A DNA stretch of 64,000 bases from a virus (lineage: Duplodnaviria > Heunggongvirae > Uroviricota > Caudoviricetes). The position numbers and the translations under genes were made by a program. The notes beneath the pieces are model-generated. The model searched no databases. It was given only the letters and a program-made list of their open reading frames with translations, and was not told the DNA's origin. Within the stretch, counting starts at the first letter, position 1; every line of letters starts with the position of its first letter. The DNA lies in IMG/VR virus record IMGVR_UViG_3300011202_000010, positions 114,589-178,588 of that record; one strand, 5' to 3'. Below are positions 9,900-19,902 of this stretch, piece by piece.

Positions 9900-10122
9900 A
9901 TTTCTTTGATAATTTATCTCTTATAAATGCTTGTAGATTTAATCCTGCTTTATTCGCTTCATTTATTAGATATTGATATGTTTCTTCTGGCAATCTAACA
10001 CTTATGTTCACCATACCCAAAACTTTATCAATTTCTTTTACTTCTTTTTGTGATACGACTTCAATATATCTCTCATCGCATCCTAACTCTCTGCTTTCCC
10101 AAGGGCATAATTCTTTTTTCAT
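9898..10122 (-). CDS. Small protein with a ribbon-helix-helix-like C-terminus (likely start MKKELCPW, 74 aa)
   Basis: GAGGAG SD before the internal ATG. ISVRLPEETYQYLINEANKAGLNLQAFIRDKL resembles Arc/CopG RHH folds. Divergent from the methyltransferase gene. Confidence 0.45.
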   Translation of the reverse strand: MKKELCPWESRELGCDERYIEVVSQKEVKEIDKVLGMVNISVRLPEETYQYLINEANKAGLNLQAFIRDKLSKK

Positions 10123-10359
10123 AAATAACTCCTCTGTTATTGAGTATGTAAAGCTTTTAAAACTAACAGATTTTATGAATACCCTTAAAATCACTTCAAA
10201 ACCTACTATAACACCTTCCTTTATTAAATACAATCAAAATATGACAAAACGATATATTAACACTTTTGATAAATACAAACACGAGATATCTTTTTAAATT
10301 TTAATATATTTACTTCTTACCACGTTACTTCTCTAAATGTAGATGTTATTTAAAAATAA

Positions 10360-11361
10360 TCAAAACTTAATTCCAAAATGATCATTATAATATTTATCTT
10401 TTTCTTTAGTTTTCGTTCCTTTTAAAACGTCATATTTTTGACTTAATTGAACGATCTGATCAAAAGTGATATAGTTATTGTATGTAGATATACTATTACC
10501 TCCAAAATATGCATCACGATTTAAGTTTTCTAAAGGAATATCAATGATTAATTGGCTGAAACTATGACCAATTTTAAATATTTCTCTTAGTTTTTTAGTT
10601 TCTCCATTTTTATAATATACTTTCATTTGTTGTATTTGTTTATTGTAATTACCAATAATTTCATTTTCGTAAAATCTATTAGCTTGACTACGATTTTTTA
10701 TCTGCCTGTATTCTTTCCATAAGTTTTGATCTATAAAATACGTGTTTGGATCATATCCTTTTTCAGTTAATAACTTTCCTAAATTATTAAAAATAACATC
10801 TCCTGCATATACACTACCAAATTCAGAAGCATTAGAACTTAACATTAATACTGAATTTCTAAACTTATCAAAATCTTTTTTATCATTTGTTTTTATATCT
10901 TCATATAAATCTATTACTGATTTCTTTTTCACGGCATCACTTGCTGATAAACCCCTTGTGTTATAAGCAATACTTTCTAATGTTTTATTCGCATCAACAT
11001 ATCTATATTTCATTTGTAGCATACTATTTAATCCTTTATCTTCACTAAACAAATTATTAAAAGTGATATTTCCATCTTGCATATACATATTTCCAAATAG
11101 TCTTAAATCTTCTTTAAATTGACTATCTGTATAAGGAATCTCATCTATTTTATTTTTAAATGTTTTATAGTTTTCTAATTGACTATAATAACTTGTTTTA
11201 TATTCTATAGTGTTATTGACTTGTACTACTTGGCTTGCTACAACTGAAAGCTCCCATCCAGTAGCAAAAACAAAAGGAGTCATAAAAGCTAATAGGATAC
11301 TTTTTTTCAGTCCTCTATTTATTTTATGATTGGTTTTTATTTTATCTTTAGTTAGTATCAT
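10360..11361 (-). CDS. Family-B paralogue 1, membrane-anchored hypothetical (333 aa)
   Basis: Starts MILTKDK. N-terminal TM helix. C-terminal YYKNGETKKLREIFKIGHSFSQLIID is shared with the next two genes. Confidence 0.6.
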   Translation of the reverse strand: MILTKDKIKTNHKINRGLKKSILLAFMTPFVFATGWELSVVASQVVQVNNTIEYKTSYYSQLENYKTFKNKIDEIPYTDSQFKEDLRLFGNMYMQDGNITFNNLFSEDKGLNSMLQMKYRYVDANKTLESIAYNTRGLSASDAVKKKSVIDLYEDIKTNDKKDFDKFRNSVLMLSSNASEFGSVYAGDVIFNNLGKLLTEKGYDPNTYFIDQNLWKEYRQIKNRSQANRFYENEIIGNYNKQIQQMKVYYKNGETKKLREIFKIGHSFSQLIIDIPLENLNRDAYFGGNSISTYNNYITFDQIVQLSQKYDVLKGTKTKEKDKYYNDHFGIKF

Positions 11362-11385
11362 TATATTTTCTCTTTTATATTTTAT

Positions 11386-12450
11386 TTAAAACCAATAGAA
11401 TAAATTCATATTTTCATAGTATTGTCTATTTTCTTGATTTACTAAGCCTTGCATTTCACTGTATTTTAAAACAAATTCACTTGGATCTATATATCCACTA
11501 ATATAACCAGAAATACCTATATTCATATTATTAAAATATAACCCTTTTCTTTCGAGTGTAGGGGCGTTTTCTATCATTATCTTACTGTAAGCATTACCTA
11601 TTTTAAAAACCTCTCTAAGTTTGTTATAATCTTTATTTTTGTAATAATTTAATAGGGTTTTCATATTATATTCACCTATTCTCTTTTTTTCTTCAAAAAA
11701 CTTTTCTCTTGACTCTTTTGATTTTGCGAATTCGTTTTGCTCGTTATATATTTTTTCTTCTTCGAGGTTTTTACTTATTAAACTTGTTGGAACTGAATAT
11801 AAATCAGCAGAGAAACCTTTGCTTAGCGTGTATTGTCTAATATTATTTAATTCATCTTTTATTAAAGGATAATTTATAAGATTATTATTACTTCCCATCA
11901 TAAATGTAGAAGACAATATTCTATTAAACTTTACTACTCCCCCATTTTTCTCATTTAATAGTTCTTTATATATTCTTGCCTTTTGATACGGGTTATAGCC
12001 ATTATTATCTGAATAATTCATAGAACTTGTTTCTTTTAAAAATTGTGGGAAAAACTCTTGCCGATCTAAATATTTTAATTTCATTTCAGTAAAATTATAA
12101 AACCCTACTTCTTTTGTATTAAATACCTTATCTGAAACGGCATTATTATTAACATATAAATATTCAAATAATGATAAGTCCTTTTTAAAGTCAGCTTCGG
12201 TATAAGGAACAGCTTCCATAGCTTTATAAAAGTTATTATAACTGTTTAAATTGTTATAATATTCTATTTTTTCTTTTACCAAATTAGAGATTTTAACAAC
12301 ATCAGAAGAAAGTATTACTGTATTACCTGCAACAAATAATCCACTAACAATAGCTATGGCAAATAAAGTTTTCTTCATTTTGTTTAATGGGTTTTTATAA
12401 ATCTTTTTTATTTTTGAACTATTTATTGTTTTGTCTTTTGTTAATATCAT
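11386..12450 (-). CDS. Family-B paralogue 2 (354 aa)
   Basis: MILTKDK start, TM helix, YYKNKDYNKLREVFKIGNAYSKIMIENAP. Confidence 0.6.
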   Translation of the reverse strand: MILTKDKTINSSKIKKIYKNPLNKMKKTLFAIAIVSGLFVAGNTVILSSDVVKISNLVKEKIEYYNNLNSYNNFYKAMEAVPYTEADFKKDLSLFEYLYVNNNAVSDKVFNTKEVGFYNFTEMKLKYLDRQEFFPQFLKETSSMNYSDNNGYNPYQKARIYKELLNEKNGGVVKFNRILSSTFMMGSNNNLINYPLIKDELNNIRQYTLSKGFSADLYSVPTSLISKNLEEEKIYNEQNEFAKSKESREKFFEEKKRIGEYNMKTLLNYYKNKDYNKLREVFKIGNAYSKIMIENAPTLERKGLYFNNMNIGISGYISGYIDPSEFVLKYSEMQGLVNQENRQYYENMNLFYWF

Positions 12451-12507
12451 TTAAACCTCTAATATTTTCAGATTTTTTTATAAATTTTTATTTAATATAA
12501 TAATCTC

Positions 12508-13635
12508 TTAGTAATTAAATATTATAAATTCTTTCCCATCATAATATTTGCTTGATTCTTCATTATAAGTTCCTTTTAGCTTTGCCACCTTTTTGGCATC
12601 ATTCATATAATATCTTTTAAAAGATTCTGAACCTTCGTCCTTTTCATCTTCTATTAAACCTATGTCACGCAATCCTGCTTCAACTAATAATGATGGTCTT
12701 ATTCCGTATTCCTCAAACTTACCCTTATTGGAAATGTCATCAACAATAATGTAAGAAAAACCATTTAATACTTTAAATATTTCCCTAAGCTTTTCATAAT
12801 CCCCATTTTTATAATATTCTTTTATTTTCTCTAATGATTCTTTTCTTGCTCCTGTAAAATCATAATCAACCTTATCTAAAGCTTTTTCATAATCACTTTT
12901 ATTTTTATAAGATTTCTCATGACCAATTATTCCTGAAAGAGCTTTCATATATTCTTGGTGTTTATTTTTCCCTAAATATAATAAATCTTCTGAAAATCCA
13001 TTTTCTTTTATTAATTGACGTATATTTTCATATATTTTATCATCAATAAAAACAGCTTTACCAAGAACTCCATTAAGTCTTATTGATGCTGATCTATAAT
13101 CTAACTTTTGTTTTTCATTAACATTATAATTAAGACGAGTAAGATTAAAAAAATTAGAATATTTTTTATTATTATAAGAGTTATAATCTATACTATCATT
13201 TTTGAATCTATTTGCTTCACCTATTATAGGTTTGAATATTTCATCAATATTATGACTTTTTATTGTGGCTCTATCTACTATAAAATTTCTCATCTCATAG
13301 TTACCATATCTTATTTTCATAAGAGGTATATCGTTGTTTCCAAATATATACCCAAAAATTTTTAGGTCCCTTTTAAATTCTTCATCTGTATAAGGAATAC
13401 TGTTTATTTTTTCTTTAAAATTTTCATAGTTATCCAAACCAGAGAAATGTTTCATGCTGGTATCTATGCTGTTGGAAATATTTATACTATTTGTTAATGT
13501 AACAGAGACTTCCCAACTAAATATAGCGCTAAATAAAATAGCTCCACCTATTATACTTTTTTTTATCAAACTTCTTTTTTTTAATGAGGTTTTTTCATTG
13601 TTTTTAAATAGTGTTTTATTTTTAGTGAGTATCAT
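12508..13635 (-). CDS. Family-B paralogue 3 (375 aa)
   Basis: MILTKNK start, TM helix, YYKNGDYEKLREIFKVLNGFSYIIVDD. Confidence 0.6.
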   Translation of the reverse strand: MILTKNKTLFKNNEKTSLKKRSLIKKSIIGGAILFSAIFSWEVSVTLTNSINISNSIDTSMKHFSGLDNYENFKEKINSIPYTDEEFKRDLKIFGYIFGNNDIPLMKIRYGNYEMRNFIVDRATIKSHNIDEIFKPIIGEANRFKNDSIDYNSYNNKKYSNFFNLTRLNYNVNEKQKLDYRSASIRLNGVLGKAVFIDDKIYENIRQLIKENGFSEDLLYLGKNKHQEYMKALSGIIGHEKSYKNKSDYEKALDKVDYDFTGARKESLEKIKEYYKNGDYEKLREIFKVLNGFSYIIVDDISNKGKFEEYGIRPSLLVEAGLRDIGLIEDEKDEGSESFKRYYMNDAKKVAKLKGTYNEESSKYYDGKEFIIFNY

Positions 13636-13743
13636 AGCTTGTTCCTTTAATTTTATTAATATATGATACCTTAAGTCATCTTTTAACTACAAATTTTTGA
13701 TTACTTTAAATACAAAAAAAGACTGCTATGCAGTCTTTTAACC

Positions 13744-14034
13744 TTAACAATATTGAGATATCTTATATCCTAATTCCGTTAATCCATATGAATGTGGATT
13801 AGAGCTTTTATCAACTTTTAATAGATCTTTATCTTGCAGAATCTTAATAGCGATATTAAGTTCATCACAAGTTAAGTTACATGATTGAGAAAACTTCTTT
13901 TTGTTCCCAACATTAAAGCAAACACCTGTAGGTAAAGGATGAGCTGCTCCTTTTTCAAAATCGTATTTTTTATTATCCAAAAATCTCAATACTGATTTTT
14001 CACAAGGATTTAACTCAATATTTACTTTTTTCAT
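13744..14034 (-). CDS. Hypothetical protein (96 aa)
   Basis: ORF with a TTGTGC-N17-TATAAT promoter at 14066-14094. Confidence 0.5.
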   Translation of the reverse strand: MKKVNIELNPCEKSVLRFLDNKKYDFEKGAAHPLPTGVCFNVGNKKKFSQSCNLTCDELNIAIKILQDKDLLKVDKSSNPHSYGLTELGYKISQYC

Positions 14035-14065
14035 TTTATCTATCCATCATATTTTTATTGTACTC

Positions 14066-14094
14066 ATTATATAACAGATAGTAGTCATGCACAA
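14066..14094 (-). promoter_or_regulatory. Promoter TTGTGCAT-N-TATAAT (17-nt spacer)
   Basis: TTGTGCATGACTACTATCTGTTATATAAT; drives 13744-14034. Confidence 0.55.
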
Positions 14095-14102
14095 GAAAAT
14101 GT

Positions 14103-14294
14103 TTATTTTTTGATAAATACTGATTGTTCTGGAACAACTTTATTATCGATAGACTCTATTTCTCCAGAGATTAAAAGACCATTAACAAAGCGCCAAGCAT
14201 CACGATACTTTTTACATGTGTGTTTACTTTCACCATCTCTTTTTACATGATATTCTTGAGTTGTTTCGTTATATTCTAGTAGAGCTTGTTTCAT
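14103..14294 (-). CDS. Hypothetical small protein (63 aa)
   Basis: ORF overlaps the next gene by ATGA-style coupling. Confidence 0.4.
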   Translation of the reverse strand: MKQALLEYNETTQEYHVKRDGESKHTCKKYRDAWRFVNGLLISGEIESIDNKVVPEQSVFIKK

Positions 14295-14503
14295 ACTACT
14301 TCCTTTTTATTTACTTTTATTTTGTTTAAAACAATAGATACGAAAGCCATTATTGCTAATCCAGCTACTAATGATAGAGGATAACTATAGGAGTTTTTAT
14401 CAACTTGTTGACTTATAAATAACACTATTAATAAAATAGGAGCATAGATGAAAAACTTCTCCATCTCTCCAAGTTTTTTACTTAATGAAATTTTATTATC
14501 CAT
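14291..14503 (-). CDS. Small membrane protein (70 aa)
   Basis: Two predicted TM helices (FFIYAPILLIVLFI, LVAGLAIMAFVSIVL). Confidence 0.45.
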   Translation of the reverse strand: MDNKISLSKKLGEMEKFFIYAPILLIVLFISQQVDKNSYSYPLSLVAGLAIMAFVSIVLNKIKVNKKEVV

Positions 14504-14680
14504 ATTTTATCCTCTAATAAAAACCTACCGGAGTAGCTTATTTAAATGTTAACAGTAAACTCATAGCAACGACCATTGCAGAACAAAAACCAAATAGTAC
14601 ACCTAAAGCAAAATAGACCTCTGATTTTGTTGCTGTTCGATTAGCTTCTTTCAGAAATTTTTGAAACGTAGCATTCATAT

Positions 14681-15451
14681 TTATTCTCCATCCTCTGTAT
14701 CATGATAGCCTTTAATATATGCTACATCATAAAGATCATCTTCTTTATTGAAAAGATAAACATATTCATCTACTGGACGTTGAAGATTTAATTCCGAAAT
14801 AATATACTCCAACATTTCTTTCCATTTATCTAAATCATGGGTGTAATAGGTATAGCAATCCATCCATTTTCCACCACGATTAAAATGACCAATTACTTCG
14901 TCCTTATATGAAACTCTGGAAGTAATATCTCCATATTTGAAATCACTATCCGTTTTTTCATAAATTCGCTCAATCTTAACATTATCAAGATGCTTATCAT
15001 AAAGGTCACTTAACTCATATTTATCTATACCTGTATATTGGCAAATAGCATCTTTTAATTCTTCTAAAGATTCTACTTCTAATACATCGGCATCTAATAA
15101 TTCTTGGTAGGAACCAACCTTAAATTTCCAATCAGGGATTTCTGATACAGGAATTTTATAAATATCTTCTTTAAAAATATCTTTGTTTTCATCATTTAAA
15201 CTTTGATATCTTAAATTATCACCAAACGCTGCTCTGAATTGATTGAGAGATTTTAACTCTGAAGGTTCTACATCTTTATCAGAAAAGATATACAACAAAC
15301 AAGAATAAGGTTTATCTTGAGAATCATTGCTTATAATACCAGCATAAAAAAATGAATTATTATTTTTCCATCTATTGAAAGTTTTTCGACGCTGTTCATT
15401 ACTTGAATTAATATTATTCCATAGATAATCAATCACTTTCTGCTTATTCAT
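14681..15451 (-). CDS. Hypothetical protein (256 aa)
   Basis: Long ORF, co-directional. Confidence 0.55.
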   Translation of the reverse strand: MNKQKVIDYLWNNINSSNEQRRKTFNRWKNNNSFFYAGIISNDSQDKPYSCLLYIFSDKDVEPSELKSLNQFRAAFGDNLRYQSLNDENKDIFKEDIYKIPVSEIPDWKFKVGSYQELLDADVLEVESLEELKDAICQYTGIDKYELSDLYDKHLDNVKIERIYEKTDSDFKYGDITSRVSYKDEVIGHFNRGGKWMDCYTYYTHDLDKWKEMLEYIISELNLQRPVDEYVYLFNKEDDLYDVAYIKGYHDTEDGE

Positions 15452-15545
15452 TTTACTCTCCAGTATTAAATTAGGAATGATTGTAACAGTTATTAAAGTA
15501 AAAAACCAGCATTAGAATACTGGTTTTCTTTTATTTTTCTAATAT

Positions 15546-15896
15546 TTAAGCTACTTTCTCTACTTCTTTATACTTAATCGTTGGGATATGTTCTGGTTTA
15601 GTAATTGCATACCTTAAAAAGTCTTTCCAGTTATCTTTTAAATGAAGAACAACAGACCCATTTAAGCCTGATTTAATATCAGGACGAGTTTTCATGCTAT
15701 CTACTACATCACATGGAACAGCGAGCGTTCCTCGACCATTGTTATAATATTCCAAACTTTCTAATACTTTTTCCTCACTGTATCGACCAGCATCCTCTAC
15801 AACAAAAGTATAACCTTTATTGTTATCTGCCCATAAGAGGATGTAACTATCTGCCTTATAAGTATGTGAAACACTTAAGATATAGTATTCTTTCAT
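15546..15896 (-). CDS. Hypothetical protein (116 aa)
   Basis: ORF. Confidence 0.5.
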   Translation of the reverse strand: MKEYYILSVSHTYKADSYILLWADNNKGYTFVVEDAGRYSEEKVLESLEYYNNGRGTLAVPCDVVDSMKTRPDIKSGLNGSVVLHLKDNWKDFLRYAITKPEHIPTIKYKEVEKVA

Positions 15897-15907
15897 TTTA
15901 ATTTCTC

Positions 15908-16621
15908 TTATTTTTTAGCGTGTTTTTCAATATATTCACGCAATGTGATTTTATTTACCAGATTTTTAGCACTAGAGGGTTCTTCTTTTCCCTTAAAGAA
16001 GTCTTCAATAATACCAAATTTAACATCATCTTTAAGTTCTACACTCTTTTCAAGAGATTCAAACGTTAATAGAAGATTATTGTAATCTTGCAGGGCGTTA
16101 TTCCATTCTTTGAAATAGCTATTCAAAACACTAACAATACGGTCTGTTCTTTGTTTTTCTGTTTCAAGAACTTCTTCTTCTGGTAGCTTCTGCTTAATCA
16201 CAAATGAAGAACTTGTATTTTGACATTCAACAGTAAATGGTGAATTAGGATCAAAGTTTGCCCCATCCTTTGTTTTTTTAACTAGCTCAACAATTACTTC
16301 ACTAATGCTTTTTTGAAGTGGTTCATTGAACTCTTTTACACCATTAAAGTTCTTAGAATGTACTTCATGCGAGGTGAATGAGTGGAAATCTAATGATGAA
16401 TACACTTTTTTATCAAAGATATTTGATAAAATATATTCTTTCACATCATCAAACCTAATGAAAAAACTTAGATTATTTGATTTTTTAAATAGCTTTCTTG
16501 TAAAAGCGGCAGTTCCAGCAAGGGATACTCGCATAGAGGCTTTTTCAATAGATTCGGTATCATATTTAGGCATAGGACCAATATGATTGATTAAGCACAA
16601 CTCCATTTCATTTAAACTCAT
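15908..16621 (-). CDS. Hypothetical protein (237 aa)
   Basis: ORF. Confidence 0.55.
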   Translation of the reverse strand: MSLNEMELCLINHIGPMPKYDTESIEKASMRVSLAGTAAFTRKLFKKSNNLSFFIRFDDVKEYILSNIFDKKVYSSLDFHSFTSHEVHSKNFNGVKEFNEPLQKSISEVIVELVKKTKDGANFDPNSPFTVECQNTSSSFVIKQKLPEEEVLETEKQRTDRIVSVLNSYFKEWNNALQDYNNLLLTFESLEKSVELKDDVKFGIIEDFFKGKEEPSSAKNLVNKITLREYIEKHAKK

Positions 16622-16693
16622 AACTACCTCGTTTTAGATTAACATTCATTATTTTGTTGATTGTAACAGAAAAAAACGTTCGTAACAAGGAAT

Positions 16694-17284
16694 TTATACT
16701 TTTAGTTTTACAATCAGGTTTTCTTTGTCATGAATACCCAAACAAAAATCAACTTTTTTAAACCCTTGATGTATGTATTTTTTTACAATTTTATAACCAG
16801 TTTCAAAATTTAAACGAACATTCCAAATCTCGGCGGAGATATCTTCCTTTTTATTGTTATTTTCGATCTTATCGTCAATAACATCAATGATATGCTCACA
16901 AGAAGTTTTTAAATCCAAAGCCATAATCTCATTATTTATTTTTACTAATTCCTCTAATGAATGAAAATGGCTAAAATAATTAGATCCCTTATATGTTTTT
17001 TTGAACTTAGGATCAACTAATAAGGTAATATCTTGCTCCTTAAATTTAATATCAAAAAAACCTAAATTTTGATAAATCTTACGAATAACATCTTCACAAT
17101 ATTTATCAGCGATTAAAATATAATTTAACATGTATTCAATTTCGAATTGACCTTTTTCATTCAAAGCATAATATGATTCTTTTTTCTTTAGATTGGATAA
17201 TGTTTTTTCTAGGCAAGTATCTACGTATTCAATATGTTCTTTGATACAATCAATTTGCATTTTAGTGAGGGTTAACATGTTCAT
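16694..17284 (-). CDS. Hypothetical protein (196 aa)
   Basis: ORF. Confidence 0.5.
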   Translation of the reverse strand: MNMLTLTKMQIDCIKEHIEYVDTCLEKTLSNLKKKESYYALNEKGQFEIEYMLNYILIADKYCEDVIRKIYQNLGFFDIKFKEQDITLLVDPKFKKTYKGSNYFSHFHSLEELVKINNEIMALDLKTSCEHIIDVIDDKIENNNKKEDISAEIWNVRLNFETGYKIVKKYIHQGFKKVDFCLGIHDKENLIVKLKV

Positions 17285-17352
17285 TTACGATACCTTTCTA
17301 TTTTGGGTTATTTACTTTATTCTAGCAATTGTTAGCATCTAATGCAATGAAA

Positions 17353-17372
17353 AAGGCTCCGAAGAGCCTTAC
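17353..17372 (-). terminator. Intrinsic terminator (minus strand)
   Basis: GGCTCCGAAGAGCC hairpin; T-run on the minus strand. Confidence 0.55.
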
Positions 17373-18535
17373 ATTTTCAGCTTTAAACTTTCATATTTTT
17401 TAATAGATTCCTGAATTTCTTCTTTTGAAACTGGAATAATATTGTAGCTATCACCTTTATTATGATCGATAAAAATATATTCTCTGATATCTATTGTCAC
17501 TTTATCTTTTATAAACAACTCATAATCATTATAAAATAAGTTTTGATTAGGTCTAAAGTTTTGCCTTTGGCTTCTATTCCTTTCAATACCTCCTACGACT
17601 CCATTTCTTGCCCTAAAATAGTCATAAAACTCTCCTTTTTTAGGGTATTCATCAAGAACTTCTTTTTTCTTGATTACAAGTTTTTCTTTTAAACCACTTC
17701 TAATAAACAGCTTAACCAACTTAATAAAGGTTTCTTCATCCATTTCTTTACTTTGTTTCCATACAGCAAGTTCTGTTGCTAATAAACCCATTTTTTTATG
17801 ATCATTAATAACAATATTATCCATAGATAACATTTCTTCGATATAAGGTTTTGTAAATTCAAATCCTTTACGATTACCATACATTACTAAAGTTCGGAAA
17901 AAAACATCCCCAACATTTGCTTTATTTTTCATTAAAAAAACAATTGCTTCTAAATAATATACACATGAGTTAACATGTTTCTGAATCTGCCCCTTACTTT
18001 CTTCCCTATTATAATGCTTCTCAAGAACTACCATTTCATTTTTAAAATAATTAGATAAATTTGAAACGTATTCTGATACAGTTTTGATGGAATAATCAAC
18101 CCCGAAATTATATGCTTTATCACAACTTAATGTCTTACTTATGATAAAAATAAGTTCTTTGATTGTTTTTTCCTTAATACCCTTTGAGTTAATCTCATTA
18201 AAGGTCTTAACAACTGCCCACTCTCTTACATTTGGGAAATAATCTCTCCCATCTTTTTTAGGAAAAAGGGTTGTTTCACATTTTGATAGCACATATTCAA
18301 GAATTTTTCCTTTTTCTACCCATTCTGAATTATAAACTAATTCTATAACATTAGGATTATCTTTATAAATAGCAAAATGAACGGCTTCATTAGCCAGTCT
18401 TTGATGTGGTCTACCATTTTCTAGCCAATGAGAAATTCTTTCTAAATCATTTTCTGATACCCATTTCTCCACTACCTTACGGTTAAAATGAGGGACATCA
18501 GTTTCATATTGTGGATCATACTGTTTTTCGCTCAT
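17369..18535 (-). CDS. Hypothetical protein (388 aa)
   Basis: ORF. Confidence 0.55.
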   Translation of the reverse strand: MSEKQYDPQYETDVPHFNRKVVEKWVSENDLERISHWLENGRPHQRLANEAVHFAIYKDNPNVIELVYNSEWVEKGKILEYVLSKCETTLFPKKDGRDYFPNVREWAVVKTFNEINSKGIKEKTIKELIFIISKTLSCDKAYNFGVDYSIKTVSEYVSNLSNYFKNEMVVLEKHYNREESKGQIQKHVNSCVYYLEAIVFLMKNKANVGDVFFRTLVMYGNRKGFEFTKPYIEEMLSMDNIVINDHKKMGLLATELAVWKQSKEMDEETFIKLVKLFIRSGLKEKLVIKKKEVLDEYPKKGEFYDYFRARNGVVGGIERNRSQRQNFRPNQNLFYNDYELFIKDKVTIDIREYIFIDHNKGDSYNIIPVSKEEIQESIKKYESLKLKM

Positions 18536-18604
18536 ATGGCACCATTTAGTTATCTATTTTATGATGCCATTATAACATATTCACCTTATCGTAATCAATC
18601 AATT

Positions 18605-19177
18605 TCAGTTTTTAGGTGAGGTATTCATTATTTTATAAGCTAACATATACATGTATTTTTTTACTCCAGTATAACCATAAGAATATTTGCTTAATATATC
18701 TAACATATCTTTTTTATCCTGAAGTCTATCTTCTGGTATAGCATCTAATAATTTATTAAAAAACTGCTTATCCATAATGGATTTATCAAATGCTACATTT
18801 ATACTTAATAACATTAACTTCTTCAGCCTAAAACTCATAAAGAAATGAAGAATAGCGCCATTTATAACTGTAGCTAAACCATAATACTGTTTTAAATCTG
18901 GAAAGTTAGAAATGCTATATAATGGCATTATTAGTAGATGAGCTATAAAGCACCATAAAGCAAAGTTTAAAAAACTGTTGAACAATCTTTTATCTAGATA
19001 AATAAAAGGCTTTTGTCTTATTTCCATGAATAATTTATTATTTGATAACCAACGATATTTTTCTTCTTTTAGCATTTTTTCTATTTTTAAGAATAACAGA
19101 AAATATTTTTGAGATTCACTATTATCTTTCGATTTCTTTAAAAGTACTTCTTTAAAATTATTGCTATTATCTGACAT
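18605..19177 (-). CDS. Membrane hypothetical protein (190 aa)
   Basis: Predicted TM segments (LNFALWCFIAHLLIMPLY, GLATVINGAILHFFMSF). Confidence 0.5.
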   Translation of the reverse strand: MSDNSNNFKEVLLKKSKDNSESQKYFLLFLKIEKMLKEEKYRWLSNNKLFMEIRQKPFIYLDKRLFNSFLNFALWCFIAHLLIMPLYSISNFPDLKQYYGLATVINGAILHFFMSFRLKKLMLLSINVAFDKSIMDKQFFNKLLDAIPEDRLQDKKDMLDILSKYSYGYTGVKKYMYMLAYKIMNTSPKN

Positions 19178-19308
19178 ATCTACCTCATTTACTTAATATC
19201 ATACATCTAACATTACTCTTTTTTTGTAGTCTAGTAAAACTTATTTTAAATTTGCATAAAATATAGTTAAAAACATATAATTCATTAAATAATAAATGAG
19301 GGTGAAGC

Positions 19309-19890
19309 ATGAAAAACATTATATTTTTTACCATTAAAGATTCATATGTAAAACATCTTAAAAGCATTTTTGTTAGTGACTTTTGGGAACTCTTTTCAGA
19401 TAAAGAACATTATATGAAAGATACAATAAAAGTTTCAGAAAGATTAGATTCAAAACTGACGTATGATTTTGTTGTTAACGACTCTGGTTATACTTATTTT
19501 GAACCACATGGAAATGGGAAGTTTTTTGATTTATTCAAAGAAGGAAAAGTATCTGCAGAACAGGCGATATCAGATATGATTAGAGCATCCTATTCTTCTT
19601 TTGAGAAGATTAAAAATGAAGATGGTATTCACCTATTTGCCATGTATGAAGATGACATAGAGGCTTTTAGAGAAGATGATTTATTATTTAAAAAGCTCTC
19701 TAAAGTAATATCGTCTAATAAAAAAGATAATAAAATAGCTGATGGCGATATTATTAGTGCAAGACTTTTTAAAGAAAACGAATTGCCATTTACTTATTTA
19801 GCTTATATTCCTAAAGATAAAGCATTATGGATTGATGTATCTAATGATCTTATAACTTTCTTTGGTCAGAAAAATATAGACTACAAATAA
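19309..19890 (+). CDS. Hypothetical protein (193 aa)
   Basis: GAGGGTGA SD. First of a two-gene plus-strand module. Confidence 0.55.
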   Translation: MKNIIFFTIKDSYVKHLKSIFVSDFWELFSDKEHYMKDTIKVSERLDSKLTYDFVVNDSGYTYFEPHGNGKFFDLFKEGKVSAEQAISDMIRASYSSFEKIKNEDGIHLFAMYEDDIEAFREDDLLFKKLSKVISSNKKDNKIADGDIISARLFKENELPFTYLAYIPKDKALWIDVSNDLITFFGQKNIDYK

Positions 19891-19902
19891 GAGGAATAGT
19901 TA

